Shown here: positions 33,722 through 43,923 of the stretch, piece after piece | Position numbering within the stretch: the stretch's first letter is position 1 | Layout: every line of letters begins with the position of its first letter | Assembly (NCBI GenBank): GCA_951812855.1 | Contig: OX638337.1 | Coordinates: 960,108 to 1,024,107, forward strand | Direction: 5' to 3' | Source of the DNA: an uncultured Lentisphaeria bacterium | GTDB lineage: Bacteria; Verrucomicrobiota; Lentisphaeria; JABSQK01; JAJFLO01 | Length of the DNA stretch: 64,000 nucleotides | Notes under the pieces: generated by a model | What the model saw: the letters and a program-made list of their open reading frames with translations, nothing else | The model's database searches: none | What the model was told of the DNA's origin: nothing | Position numbers and translations under genes: made by a program

Positions 33722-34329
33722 AATCTTAACTCCCTAATTTTTTAAAAATCCAGATACGTCTTGCAAAATTCTGTAACGATCCTTCTAAAAATCTGTCTGA
33801 CAAGATATTATAATCTATGTTGAGTTTTAAGTATAATGAGATCGATGAAAAAGTATTTTGGGTCGAACATCATACCATTTTGAAGGAATCAAATAGACTC
33901 TTTAATGATGGTGTAACGAGCAGAAAATTTAACTATGGCAGATACTCATTACAGGGGGATATGGGAAATTGGGATTTGAACTGGCAAAGGCATTTTCTAA
34001 CTCGTAAATCTTGCTTAGCGTTTAACATGAAACCCGGGTTTCAGTGCGGAGCACGGGATAGAAGTATCGATGGGATTAAGATGAATCAGCTCACACGTCC
34101 TGTATTTAAACTCTGATAACGAAATATTTTCCCGGTGACAGTCATATCACATTTTTTTAAGATACACAGATTTTAATCGATATTAGTTATTGCCAGCTAT
34201 ATTGATGACAAACAGTCTTAATTCAGCCGATAATGCTGCGGCACTGTCATAGCGTTCATCCGGATCTTTTTTTAATAATTTCTCGAGAATTAATTCTAAA
34301 TCATCTGGAAAATCAAAGTCTGATTCTGA

Positions 34330-35409
34330 TTAAAAATCGAGTAGTTCAACATCGAAGATTAACGTTGCTTTTGGGGGAATACGTGGCGGGGCTCCCCGTT
34401 CACCATAGGCAAGGCGGTGGGGAATTATTAATATGCGTTGTTCTCCCTTTTTCATATCTAAAAATGCTTCGTCCCATCCTTTGATGACACGACCAGCTCC
34501 AACATTGAATTCAAATGGTAAATTTCGATCTCGTGAACTGTCAAATGTTTTTCCATTGGCAAGAGTGCCGGTGTAGTGGGCTTTTACTTTTGTTCCTCTT
34601 TTGGGTTTATTACCTGAGCCTTCTTTTAATATAACATATCGTAATCCGGATGCAGTTTTGATTTGGTTCGGCCATTTTTTATTGATAATTGCATTGTCCT
34701 TTTCCTGTACCGCTTTTTCTTTCTCCGCCTGTTGATTTTTAGCCTTCTTCAGTCGGTTCTTAAAAGTATCATTGTCTGATTTAAACTTGTTTGCATCGTC
34801 ACCTACTCTGACAATGGTAATCGAATTTATCTTATCTTTATTCTGAATTTTATTAACGATATCCTGACCGTTTATTACTTCCCCAAAGACTGAATGTTTG
34901 TTGTCTAACCAGGGAGTTGCCTTGTGAGTGATAAAAAATTGACTGCCATTTGTATCCTGTCCGGAATTTGCCATAGACAGTATTCCCGGGCCGCTATGTC
35001 TAAGAGTTGGGTCAAACTCGTCAGAAAATTTATAACCGGGACCTCCAGTACCTCTGCTGAGTGGACAACCGCCCTGAATCATAAAATCGGGAATGACCCG
35101 ATGAAAGACTAATCCGTCATAAAACTTGGTTCCCTTTGGTTTATTCGATTCAATCGTACCCTCAGCTAATCCGATAAAATTCATGACTGTCAGTGGAACT
35201 TTGTCATAGTGTAACTTCAGCAGGATTGTTCCTTTTGAAGTATTGATCTTTGCATAGATTCCGTCACTGAGTTTTTTTGAAGACGATTCTCCAGCATAAG
35301 AAAGGAAGTTTATGGTTATTATTAGAATTAAGAGCTGAATAATATTTCTTAAATTATAACGGCATAGGATCATCTTTATTCCATCCTGTTTTGTCTGTTG
35401 CTTTTTCAA
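34330..35409 (-). CDS. Secreted dual-family peptidyl-prolyl cis-trans isomerase (cyclophilin domain fused to FKBP domain)
   Basis: 359-aa ORF; N-terminal signal/TM segment; cyclophilin motifs (…[15 protein letters not shown]…, …[18 protein letters not shown]…), C-terminal FKBP domain (…[14 protein letters not shown]…[29 protein letters not shown]…[10 protein letters not shown]). Confidence 0.8.
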   Translation of the reverse strand: MKKQQTKQDGIKMILCRYNLRNIIQLLILIITINFLSYAGESSSKKLSDGIYAKINTSKGTILLKLHYDKVPLTVMNFIGLAEGTIESNKPKGTKFYDGLVFHRVIPDFMIQGGCPLSRGTGGPGYKFSDEFDPTLRHSGPGILSMANSGQDTNGSQFFITHKATPWLDNKHSVFGEVINGQDIVNKIQNKDKINSITIVRVGDDANKFKSDNDTFKNRLKKAKNQQAEKEKAVQEKDNAIINKKWPNQIKTASGLRYVILKEGSGNKPKRGTKVKAHYTGTLANGKTFDSSRDRNLPFEFNVGAGRVIKGWDEAFLDMKKGEQRILIIPHRLAYGERGAPPRIPPKATLIFDVELLDF

Positions 35410-35767
35410 TGCTCAAAGTTGGTGCTGATACGGTAAAAGTTTTATACGTAAAAAAACAAGGTAACTGTTATGTCTTCCTGTGGCAATGCAATGTCTAAAA
35501 TTTTGCTTTGAATTTGAATTGCTCCTTGATTTGGTGTAAGATGTTAAGTAATAAGATACGTGTGATTTGTGGATTTTTAGATTGGCGTTTTTCAATAACA
35601 TTTTGTTCCATAAATCCGAACATTTATTATTTTCTGATGTCCTGACAAATATCCGTGTGATATATCTAAACTGTTGTCTAAGCAGATGCTGTGTCGCCTA
35701 AAATTGAAATCGTTATTTGTTGGTATATGAATTTGAGCCATAACTATGAAAAAGGAGCAATGATAAT

Positions 35768-36106
35768 ATGGAGAACACAAGCTCAAGTACGGAGAAGTTA
35801 TCTGAAGCCTTAAAAATGCTTGATGATGCAGCGAAAAGCAAAAAAGCTGAGATTCAGGATTTACTGTCTTCCAAATATAAGAATATAAAAGAAACATTTA
35901 CTGGTTTCGATTCTAAAGACTCAGTTGAAGCGTTAAAGAAAAATGCAACTGAAAAGGCATCAAGAGTAGCTGAAATCAGTGAAGATAGAGTTAAAGAGAT
36001 TGCAACTGAAATCGATCAAAATGTCCATAATAATCCCTGGCCGTATATTGGTGGAGCAGCCATATGTTCATTACTCCTCGGCTATATTATGGGGCGCAAA
36101 GATTAA
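35768..36106 (+). CDS. DUF883 (YqjD/ElaB-like) C-tail-anchored membrane protein
   Basis: 112-aa ORF; coiled/charged N-terminal region and single C-terminal TM helix (…WPYIGGAAICSLLLGYIMGRKD), the ElaB/YqjD architecture. Confidence 0.65.
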   Translation: MENTSSSTEKLSEALKMLDDAAKSKKAEIQDLLSSKYKNIKETFTGFDSKDSVEALKKNATEKASRVAEISEDRVKEIATEIDQNVHNNPWPYIGGAAICSLLLGYIMGRKD

Positions 36107-36160
36107 TTTTGCATTACATTCAATCCGGAAGAGTATCAAGACAGATAGTCATAACAAACA

Positions 36161-36550
36161 ATGAATAACATATTCAGTTCGATATTTAGTCGAGTTATAA
36201 GTCCAGTTTTCAAAGCAAGTCGGCAGACGTCTCTTAAATTATTAAAAATTGAAGTGGCCCGATGTCGTATTAATATTGTAAAAAAAGTGCGTCTGGCGTT
36301 TCTTGGCGGTGCAGGAGTCCTTTTCTTATACAGTTTTTTTACAAGTGGTTTTCTAATGTTGGCGGCGACTTGCTTTATCATATTAATGGTAAAATTTGGA
36401 GTGAAAACTGCCGTAATTTTTCTATTTATATCAGGTGCTTTATGTTGTCTAATCCCAATCACCATACTGTCGATAGTCAGCTCAGAAAAAGCCTGGCTAA
36501 AACATACCGATTGTGATTCTATCCTGGACGATGTTTTTTCAGGAAAATAA
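36161..36550 (+). CDS. Small inner-membrane protein (possibly YqjE-like partner of the preceding gene)
   Basis: 129-aa ORF with two hydrophobic segments; 55 bp downstream of DUF883 gene; family assignment tentative. Confidence 0.4.
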   Translation: MNNIFSSIFSRVISPVFKASRQTSLKLLKIEVARCRINIVKKVRLAFLGGAGVLFLYSFFTSGFLMLAATCFIILMVKFGVKTAVIFLFISGALCCLIPITILSIVSSEKAWLKHTDCDSILDDVFSGK

Positions 36551-36690
36551 TATCCTGTCTTTCACGCAGTGAAAAACCAGATCCTGATGTCTTGCCCGTA
36601 TCCCTGACTCCACTAAAACATGGATATATGAAAAGCTGATATGTGGATACAGACCAGTGTTCTGTCCTCAGTATTTTATTAAAAGGATGA

Positions 36691-37449
36691 TTGAATCTGA
36701 ATCGTATGAAAAATTGGTACAAAGACGCCTTTACTGAAGATTATATTCATATTTATCAACACCGCAACCAAACAGAAGCGACAATTCTAATCGACCGGTT
36801 ATTGAAATTTTTGAATTTACCAGGCGATTCATTGTGTTTAGATTTATGCTGTGGATTTGGTCGTCATTTATCATATTTATTAGATCAGGGGATAAATACA
36901 TATGGATTAGATTTATCACAGCCACTACTGGAAAATGCGGTTGAAATAAGGCAATTATCCGGTCGTGTCATTCTTGGAGATATGAGACACATTCCCTTTA
37001 GTAAGTCATTTGATTTTGTTTTCTCCTTTTTCTCCAGTTTTGGTTATTTTCACAGGGATTCAGAAAATATACAAGTTTTACAGGAGATTAATCGAGTGTT
37101 AAAACCAAAGGGAAGATTCTTAATCGATTATCTTAATGCTGAGCATGTTAAAGATAATTTGAGAGAACATGACCTTCGTTGCTATGATAATTTTACTGTA
37201 AAGCAGAAGCGCTGGATAAATTCAGATTTAAATACGGTAGAAAAAGAGTTAATCATTGAAGATGTCAAGGGTGAACGATCTTATTTTGAGAGTGTTAAAC
37301 TCTATGATCTGGTAGATTTCAGGCAACTTTGTTCAGCCTCGAATTTGAAAATCACCCATGAATTTGGAGATGCCATTGGAAAACCGTTTGACATCGGATC
37401 AAGTCGTTTGATCATGGTGGGGGGAAAAATTGACAGTCACCTTTCATAA
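36691..37449 (+). CDS. Class I SAM-dependent methyltransferase (translationally coupled to bshC)
   Basis: 252-aa ORF; SAM-binding motif …LDLCCGFGRHLSYLL…GLDLS…; stop overlaps bshC start by 20 nt. Confidence 0.75.
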   Translation: MNLNRMKNWYKDAFTEDYIHIYQHRNQTEATILIDRLLKFLNLPGDSLCLDLCCGFGRHLSYLLDQGINTYGLDLSQPLLENAVEIRQLSGRVILGDMRHIPFSKSFDFVFSFFSSFGYFHRDSENIQVLQEINRVLKPKGRFLIDYLNAEHVKDNLREHDLRCYDNFTVKQKRWINSDLNTVEKELIIEDVKGERSYFESVKLYDLVDFRQLCSASNLKITHEFGDAIGKPFDIGSSRLIMVGGKIDSHLS

Positions 37450-38995
37450 TTTCAATTTGGTAGATGATAACCTTTATAATGCCAAAATAACGTCCGCTTT
37501 TCTGGAAACAGATCCTTATTCATCAGATTCATTGTCCAGGAATCATCAATACGCGTCATCACGGTCTGACATCGACCGCGAATTTTTGTCGGAGACTTTT
37601 TCTGAATATAATAATGTCATCGGTAATGACTCCACGGCACTTTATAATTGCAGTCGAATAAGAAATGCAGGTTCAATGGCAGTGGTTACAGGCCAGCAGG
37701 CCGGGATGCTGACCGGTCCATTATACACGATATATAAGATTATTACGGCTGTTAATTTTGCAAAGCATTGTGAACATAAGTTTAAGACACCTGTCATCCC
37801 GGTTTTTTGGAACGCAACCGAAGATCATGATTTAAGTGAAGTCGAATCATTTCATTATCCTGGCAAGAAGTGGTCTGCCACTTTTTCACAAAACGGAGTT
37901 GCAGCACAATTTTTAAACGTAAATCCGGCATGTTCGAATCTTGTTTACAATTTCCTGGATTCAATCTCAGAAATAAATCATAAAGATGAAATTACATCTA
38001 TACTGACAAATGAGTTTGAAAAATACGGAGAATTTTCATCGTCAGTGACAGCCCGGTTATTTAAGGGGACGGGTCTGGTCATTATTGAACCAAAATTATT
38101 GCGTAAAAAGTCAACTCCATTTTTTCAAAAGTGCATCAGCCATTGTCATGATATCAGAAATGGATTGGAGCAGGCCGGTGTTCTCTTACAGCAAAATAAA
38201 ATTAAGCCTGCATTTCAGGTGTCCGGGGATTCAACAGGACTTTTTTATATAACAGATGACGGGATTCGATATCAAATAAAAAATAGGAAAAATGACTTTT
38301 TTATTAATAACAAATGGGTTTCGGAATCTTCAGCGTTACAACTTATTGCCGAGTCTTCTTCAAATTTTTCTACCGGTGCATACCTGAGACCCGTTTTGCA
38401 GTCAAAAATTATTCCTGCTCTGGCATATATAGCAGGTCCAGCGGAATATAGGTATCATTTACAACTGAAAAATATATTTCACATGTTTGATGTTAAAATG
38501 CCTGTAATTCTACCCAGAAATCATGCAACCATTTTGACAAAAAAAGAATTGAAAGTTGCGAATAAACTGGGTTTGAAAATTCATGATTATTTTGAAGGTC
38601 CTCAAAAATTTTATCATCAGCACAAGTTATATAAAAAAGGAAGAGACAGTTTTAAGAATGCTGAACAGGCCTTGATAGACATCGCTGAGAATTTGGCTCA
38701 GGACATACCGGATTTAGTCAATGAGAATGTATTAAATCAGTTTAAATCAAACTTGGGTATTCAATTAGACAAACTTGAAAAACGCGTTGCGAAAGAAGTC
38801 TTGAGACGCGAGGGAATTGACAATGCCAGAATTGATCGGTTTTATAATTGTATTTTCCCGAAAAAATCTATGCAGGAACGATGGATTAATATCTTTTATT
38901 TTATTGAACAAAATGGTTTATCCATTATCAGTGATTTGTTGAAAATTATCGATCCTTTAGAACGGCGACATTATGTTGTTTATACAGACCATTAG
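37430..38995 (+). CDS. bshC: Bacillithiol biosynthesis cysteine-adding enzyme BshC
   Basis: 521-aa ORF; conserved BshC block …AVVTGQQAGMLTGPLYTIYKIITAVNFAK…PVIPVFWNATEDHDL… and …AYIAGPAEYRY…; followed by bshB and bshA. Confidence 0.8.
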   Translation: MTVTFHNFNLVDDNLYNAKITSAFLETDPYSSDSLSRNHQYASSRSDIDREFLSETFSEYNNVIGNDSTALYNCSRIRNAGSMAVVTGQQAGMLTGPLYTIYKIITAVNFAKHCEHKFKTPVIPVFWNATEDHDLSEVESFHYPGKKWSATFSQNGVAAQFLNVNPACSNLVYNFLDSISEINHKDEITSILTNEFEKYGEFSSSVTARLFKGTGLVIIEPKLLRKKSTPFFQKCISHCHDIRNGLEQAGVLLQQNKIKPAFQVSGDSTGLFYITDDGIRYQIKNRKNDFFINNKWVSESSALQLIAESSSNFSTGAYLRPVLQSKIIPALAYIAGPAEYRYHLQLKNIFHMFDVKMPVILPRNHATILTKKELKVANKLGLKIHDYFEGPQKFYHQHKLYKKGRDSFKNAEQALIDIAENLAQDIPDLVNENVLNQFKSNLGIQLDKLEKRVAKEVLRREGIDNARIDRFYNCIFPKKSMQERWINIFYFIEQNGLSIISDLLKIIDPLERRHYVVYTDH

Positions 38996-39080
38996 GTCCA
39001 TATCAGCAAATCATAGATTTAACGTTGTGAAGTCTGACTGAAATGAAGAATGTAATACAACCAGAAAGAGTTGATACATT

Positions 39081-39791
39081 ATGGAATTGGATTATTTATT
39101 CTTGGCGGCCCACCCTGATGACGCAGAGCTATATTGTGGGGGATCAATTATTAAATTCAGGGAGAATGGTTATAGAGTGGGTATCCTGGATTTTACCAGA
39201 GGTGAAGCGGCAACTTCGGGTACAGTGGAAGACCGTGATCGCGAAACATTAACATCAAATGCAGTCCTCCAGCCAGATGTCAGGCACAACCTTGGACTTG
39301 TTGACAGTGGGTTGAGGGATGACGGGAATACGAGAATTCTGGTTGTTAATTATATTCGCAAGTATAGAGTTAAAGTATTGATTGCACCTCATGGACCATG
39401 CAGACATCCTGACCATACTGCTGTATCGACGCTGGCGAAAAATGTTTTTTTCTTTTCAGGTGCGGGCAAGTTCCCGTCTGATCATGAACGCTGGCAACCG
39501 CTGCAGCTTATTTACCATATGGAATTCCAGGATGTAAGACCGTCGTTTGTCGTTGATATTTCAGAACAGTTTGAACGAAAGATAAAGACAATTGAAGCAT
39601 ATAGTACCCAGTTCTATACGGATAGTAATCAAAATGAAAAGACACTGATCGGTTCCCATCGTTTTCGAGAGTTGATGATATCTCGGTTTAAGTATTATGG
39701 AAATCTTATAAATTGTGATTATGGAGAACCCTATATTCTTGACGAAACTCTAAGAATAGATGATCCTTTAAAGAACAAATTGGAAGGATAG
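39081..39791 (+). CDS. bshB: N-acetylglucosaminyl-malate deacetylase BshB (LmbE/PIG-L family)
   Basis: 236-aa ORF; LmbE-type metal-binding motif …LFLAAHPDDAELYCGGSI… and …HPDHTAV…. Confidence 0.8.
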   Translation: MELDYLFLAAHPDDAELYCGGSIIKFRENGYRVGILDFTRGEAATSGTVEDRDRETLTSNAVLQPDVRHNLGLVDSGLRDDGNTRILVVNYIRKYRVKVLIAPHGPCRHPDHTAVSTLAKNVFFFSGAGKFPSDHERWQPLQLIYHMEFQDVRPSFVVDISEQFERKIKTIEAYSTQFYTDSNQNEKTLIGSHRFRELMISRFKYYGNLINCDYGEPYILDETLRIDDPLKNKLEG

Positions 39792-39800
39792 GGTGAACGC

Positions 39801-40916
39801 ATGAATATCGGTATTGTTTGTTATCCATCAATTGGCGGGTCGGGCCTGATTGCAACTGAACTTGGAGTTAACCTCGCGAAACTGGACCATCAAATACATT
39901 TTATTTCATACTCAGTACCGTTCAAACTGTCAGTTTTCGACCGGAATGTCAACTTTCACTCTGTTGATCCCATTAACTATCCCTTATTTAATCAAACGTT
40001 ATACACATTTTCACTGACCGCAAAAATTATTGATGTCGTCAGAGAATATAAACTCGATCTTGTCCATGCACATTATTCGATACCCCATTCGCTATGTGCA
40101 CATTTAGCCAGGGAAGTCAGCGGGTGTGATTTTAAAATTATTACAACATTGCATGGTACAGACGTAACAATTGTCGGCCAAAATAAACCCTTATTTTCTT
40201 TGAATAAATATGGGATAGAGCAAAGTGATATGGTGACAACTGTATCACAATTCCAGAAAGAACATACGAATCGGTATATTGGTATTGCCAATGAAATAGA
40301 GGTGATTTATAATTTTGTTGATGCGGATATCTTCAGACCTGTTCCAAAAGGAAAATGCAGGGAATCACTGGCCTCGCCCGATGAAAAAATAATCATGCAC
40401 ATTTCAAATTTTCGGTCGCCGAAAGATCCCGAAGGAGTCATTAATATATTTCATGAAGTTTTGAAAAAAATCGAAGCGAAACTTGTCTTGATTGGTGACG
40501 GTCCGGGAATCGGAGAAATTAAAACATTATGTAAAGAGTTTAAAATCTGTGATAATGTTTGTTTCCTGGGAAAAATCGACAATGTCGAAAATCTGATACC
40601 TATGGCTGATTGTATATTACAACCCAGTTTAAGAGAATCATTCGGAATGGGTTTATTAGAGGCAATGTCCTGTGAAGTTCCTACGGTCAGCAGTAATGTC
40701 GATGGAATTCCTGAAGTAGTCGTTGATGGAGAAACTGGACTCATGGCTAATCCGGGAGATTATAAGACATTATCTGAGCATGTTATTAAAATTTGTTCGT
40801 CGGTGGATTGGGCAAAAAAGATGGGGAAAAACGGACGTCGGGTTGCTATTGAAAGATTCAACAAAGACAAAATCATCAGTGAATACCTAAAGTGTTATGA
40901 AAATGTGTTGAGCTGA
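39801..40916 (+). CDS. bshA: N-acetyl-alpha-D-glucosaminyl L-malate synthase BshA (GT4 glycosyltransferase)
   Basis: 371-aa ORF; BshA-type N-terminus MNIGIVCYPSIGGSGLIATELGVNLAKLDHQIHFISYSVPFKL and GT4 C-terminal motif …ESFGMGLLEAMSCEVPTVSSNVDGIPEVV…. Confidence 0.85.
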   Translation: MNIGIVCYPSIGGSGLIATELGVNLAKLDHQIHFISYSVPFKLSVFDRNVNFHSVDPINYPLFNQTLYTFSLTAKIIDVVREYKLDLVHAHYSIPHSLCAHLAREVSGCDFKIITTLHGTDVTIVGQNKPLFSLNKYGIEQSDMVTTVSQFQKEHTNRYIGIANEIEVIYNFVDADIFRPVPKGKCRESLASPDEKIIMHISNFRSPKDPEGVINIFHEVLKKIEAKLVLIGDGPGIGEIKTLCKEFKICDNVCFLGKIDNVENLIPMADCILQPSLRESFGMGLLEAMSCEVPTVSSNVDGIPEVVVDGETGLMANPGDYKTLSEHVIKICSSVDWAKKMGKNGRRVAIERFNKDKIISEYLKCYENVLS

Positions 40917-41025
40917 ATATTATTTTTGATAAATTACTTGCGATTTGAATCACACAGTTCATGAATTTACTTAAACCATAATCACGAAATCGGTAACCTG
41001 AAATCAGGTTGATCCACTCGATTTT

Positions 41026-41343
41026 TCAGTTATGCCTGAACGTGAACATCGTATTATTTAGCACCTCTTTAATCGCAGATGCCGGTTTAGATAAATCAAT
41101 TGGTTTCATGACGCAGTCATATACACCCGCTTCCTTCGCTTTTTCAGGGCTGGTACTGCCACTGAAACCCGAAGCAAGTATAACGGGGATATTCGGATTA
41201 ATTTCCAGAATATGTTTGACCAGATCAGTTCCAGTCATTCCGGGCATTGTCTGGTCGGTAAAGATTAGATCAAATCGTTCTGAATTCGATTTAATTTTCC
41301 GAGAAGCAGAGATTATATTTTTATGTATTTGAGGGAATTTCCA
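41026..41343 (-). pseudogene. Response-regulator receiver domain remnant (C-terminal two-thirds only)
   Basis: Minus-strand frame reads (stop)…KIKSNSERFDLIFTDQTMPGMTGTDLVKHILEINPNIPVILASGF…AKEAGVYDCVMKPIDL…; contains phospho-acceptor Asp region and K of receiver fold but lacks the N-terminal acidic pocket and any start codon upstream. Confidence 0.5.
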
Positions 41344-41543
41344 TTATTTTTCGTCTATCAGTTCATATCTCAATCTAAATTGACAAAAAAAATTGGCTGT
41401 TGCTAATTTGAATTTAAGTATTAAAATTGGGTTATAATCAGGAGACAAATCAAAATGAGAGTTCCTGATGTCATAGTGAAACGATATAATCGGCTAAATT
41501 TTTTGCATTTTTCTGAAAAACACACAATCGATTAGGGAATATA

Positions 41544-42368
41544 ATGCCAAAACCATACATGTTAACAAATGATCAGAAAATGCAGTTTGCCGCAATTTAT
41601 GTCTTGGAATATATGATCAATAAACCGCATGAATTTCCATTATTTCTGGACAGGAATGATCAGGATCTTGAATCCATTCTTGAATGGCTTCTGATTAAAG
41701 AGATGGTCCAAATCAAAAAAAATGAATCCTATTCTCCAACTGACAAAGGGCGGGAGAGTTTGACAAAATTTATGAATCGGTACACAGAATTTTTAAATGT
41801 ATTTGATATATATTGTGCGGTTGATCTTAGCACCGGAGAATTTGCATTTGAGTCGTATTTCGATTTTGAAGACAAAGCATCCTGGGGAAAATATCTCCAT
41901 GAAGATCGATGGGAGGACCTGCGGGTTGCTGTAGCTGACTATAAGAAATTGAACCCGGTTGAAATTGTTTTTATGAGTTTTATAAGTGAAAATCGATTCG
42001 GCAGGGATAAAACCGGATGGCAATTTGATTTATTATTGGGAAGTGTATGGGATGAGATATTGGAAATTTGCAATACTGCAGTCCAATGGGATGAATTAGG
42101 GTTCGAAGATGAAGAAGGCGACGTTCCCGCTGAAGCGGTTATTGAAGATGTCATTGTCCAGGGAGCAGAACATATCCTTGCTCTCCAAAAGGAAGAGTTG
42201 AACTGTAATCCAAAATATTTTAGTGATTATGATGAAAATTTTACAACGTCATCGAATGGTGAACTGAATAAGGGTCGGGTTGTAATAAACGAATATTCCG
42301 TAGATTACTATGATCCTTATCTTGATCCGGGTTATGTCTCGCCAATATGGTTTGGATTTTGGTTTTAA
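41544..42368 (+). CDS. Hypothetical protein (possible N-terminal winged-helix region, acidic C-terminal half)
   Basis: 274-aa ORF, no recognised catalytic motif; first of three co-directional genes ending with pspA. Confidence 0.45.
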   Translation: MPKPYMLTNDQKMQFAAIYVLEYMINKPHEFPLFLDRNDQDLESILEWLLIKEMVQIKKNESYSPTDKGRESLTKFMNRYTEFLNVFDIYCAVDLSTGEFAFESYFDFEDKASWGKYLHEDRWEDLRVAVADYKKLNPVEIVFMSFISENRFGRDKTGWQFDLLLGSVWDEILEICNTAVQWDELGFEDEEGDVPAEAVIEDVIVQGAEHILALQKEELNCNPKYFSDYDENFTTSSNGELNKGRVVINEYSVDYYDPYLDPGYVSPIWFGFWF

Positions 42369-42547
42369 TCCCGCCTTGCGGGCTGTCCTGCTACACTCGG
42401 CTGCGGCGTTGATTGTAAAGACGAAGTTTCAAACAGCAGGATAATCAGTGACTGTTTTTTGTAATTTCGTTAAGAATTTCTATTTTGTTTAGATGAGACT
42501 ATATTTTTTGATCTTTTTCAAAAAATAACACTATATAAGGAGCTCTT

Positions 42548-42961
42548 ATGAGTATTAACGTTCAAATCAGGAAAGAGGAAGAACTCAGTCGATTCCTGGA
42601 GATTCATAATTTTCAGGTGGATGATTTAGACAATGGTGTCTATCGGGTTGTCAGAGAAACTGAGCTGCCGGTTTTTATAAAGGTATCGGAAGTGGCTGTT
42701 TATTTTGAGCTTGATCTGGGTAATATCACAGAACTGGCTGGTGAAGAGTTATACTTCAAATTATTAGATCTCAATACTGAAATATTGCCTGTCAGTTTTG
42801 GTATTAATAATTCAAATCCAGATGATCCCAGGCTTGTTCTCGTTGAAACTCGGGAACCATGTCACTTGAGTGACAATCAGTTACTCAGTGTATTTGATGC
42901 AATTGAATTAGCTGCAGATAAGGCTGAAAAGCTTCTCACTTCATGTATTAGTGAAGGTTAA
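42548..42961 (+). CDS. Hypothetical protein, YbjN-like (tentative)
   Basis: 137-aa ORF; size and alternating hydrophobic pattern compatible with YbjN/T3SS-chaperone-like fold; 33 bp upstream of pspA. Confidence 0.4.
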   Translation: MSINVQIRKEEELSRFLEIHNFQVDDLDNGVYRVVRETELPVFIKVSEVAVYFELDLGNITELAGEELYFKLLDLNTEILPVSFGINNSNPDDPRLVLVETREPCHLSDNQLLSVFDAIELAADKAEKLLTSCISEG

Positions 42962-42994
42962 AGTTCAATTAATTTTTAATAGAGGAGTCTGATT

Positions 42995-43684
42995 ATGAGT
43001 ATTTTTTCTCGCATTTTTAAGGTGGGACAAGCAACATTGAATAAATTGATTGATGGTCTGGAGGATCCAGAGAAAATGTTAGAACAGGCTGTCAGAGATA
43101 AAGCCCGGCAGATTCGTGAAGCAAAGAAAGCAATTCAGGAATGTATTGCAACAGAGCGACAGACCAGGGCTCAAATGGAAAAGGAAAAAACAGAAAAGTT
43201 TTCCTGGGAACAAAAAGCTGAGGCCGCATTGAAAGCAGGTCAGGAAGAACTCGCTGTAAAGGCATTGTCACGAGCCACTGAGCATGAACAAAAAGCTAAA
43301 TTGTTGGAATCCAACTGGCAGCAGCAAAAAAGCAGTGTTGACTCTCTTAAAAAAGATATCATGAAACTGGAAGATGAACTTGCTGAATTCAAGCGGAATA
43401 AAGATTTTATTGTCGCTCAAAGCAAAGCCGGGGATGTTAAAAAACAAATTTATGAAGCCAAAGCAAAAATCAGCAGTAAAGATACATCGGATGATCTTAT
43501 GGCTCGATTAAAGGCAAAGGCAGAGAGAACAACCCATGAAGCTGATGCTGCAGAGGAACTCGCTGAAACACTTGACGGCGGAGACAGTTTGGAGAAAGAG
43601 TTCAAAGATATTGGTGCTGCCGGTGTTGATGTTGACGTTCAGAATAAACTCAATGCTATGAAAGCAAAATTAGGGAATGCGTAA
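42995..43684 (+). CDS. pspA: PspA/IM30 (phage-shock protein A / Vipp1) family protein
   Basis: 229-aa ORF; PspA N-terminal signature MSIFSRIFKV…LIDGLEDPEKMLEQAVRD… and long coiled-coil. Confidence 0.85.
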   Translation: MSIFSRIFKVGQATLNKLIDGLEDPEKMLEQAVRDKARQIREAKKAIQECIATERQTRAQMEKEKTEKFSWEQKAEAALKAGQEELAVKALSRATEHEQKAKLLESNWQQQKSSVDSLKKDIMKLEDELAEFKRNKDFIVAQSKAGDVKKQIYEAKAKISSKDTSDDLMARLKAKAERTTHEADAAEELAETLDGGDSLEKEFKDIGAAGVDVDVQNKLNAMKAKLGNA

Positions 43685-43923
43685 CGGGCAGGAAGCTCAG
43701 TATTTTCACCGATTATATATACTCAAAGCCTTGCCGGCATAAAATAGGGTTACTTCATTATATAATGTGTGCAAAAATGGGACTGGAGCGATGAGTTCCA
43801 ATAAAACACTTTAATTTTGAGCAGTATTTAATGTGACTCCGCTGACCCCTGAACCCAAAGAACCCAGACGCTGTGAAGGGGGACACTCATTGATAATCGC
43901 AGCGTATTTGTTATCTAATTGGT

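Noticed and set aside
42369-42400. Hairpin CCCGC-CTT-GCGGG after the 274-aa gene, considered as a rho-independent terminator
   Set aside because: Short 5-bp stem and no U-tract immediately following.
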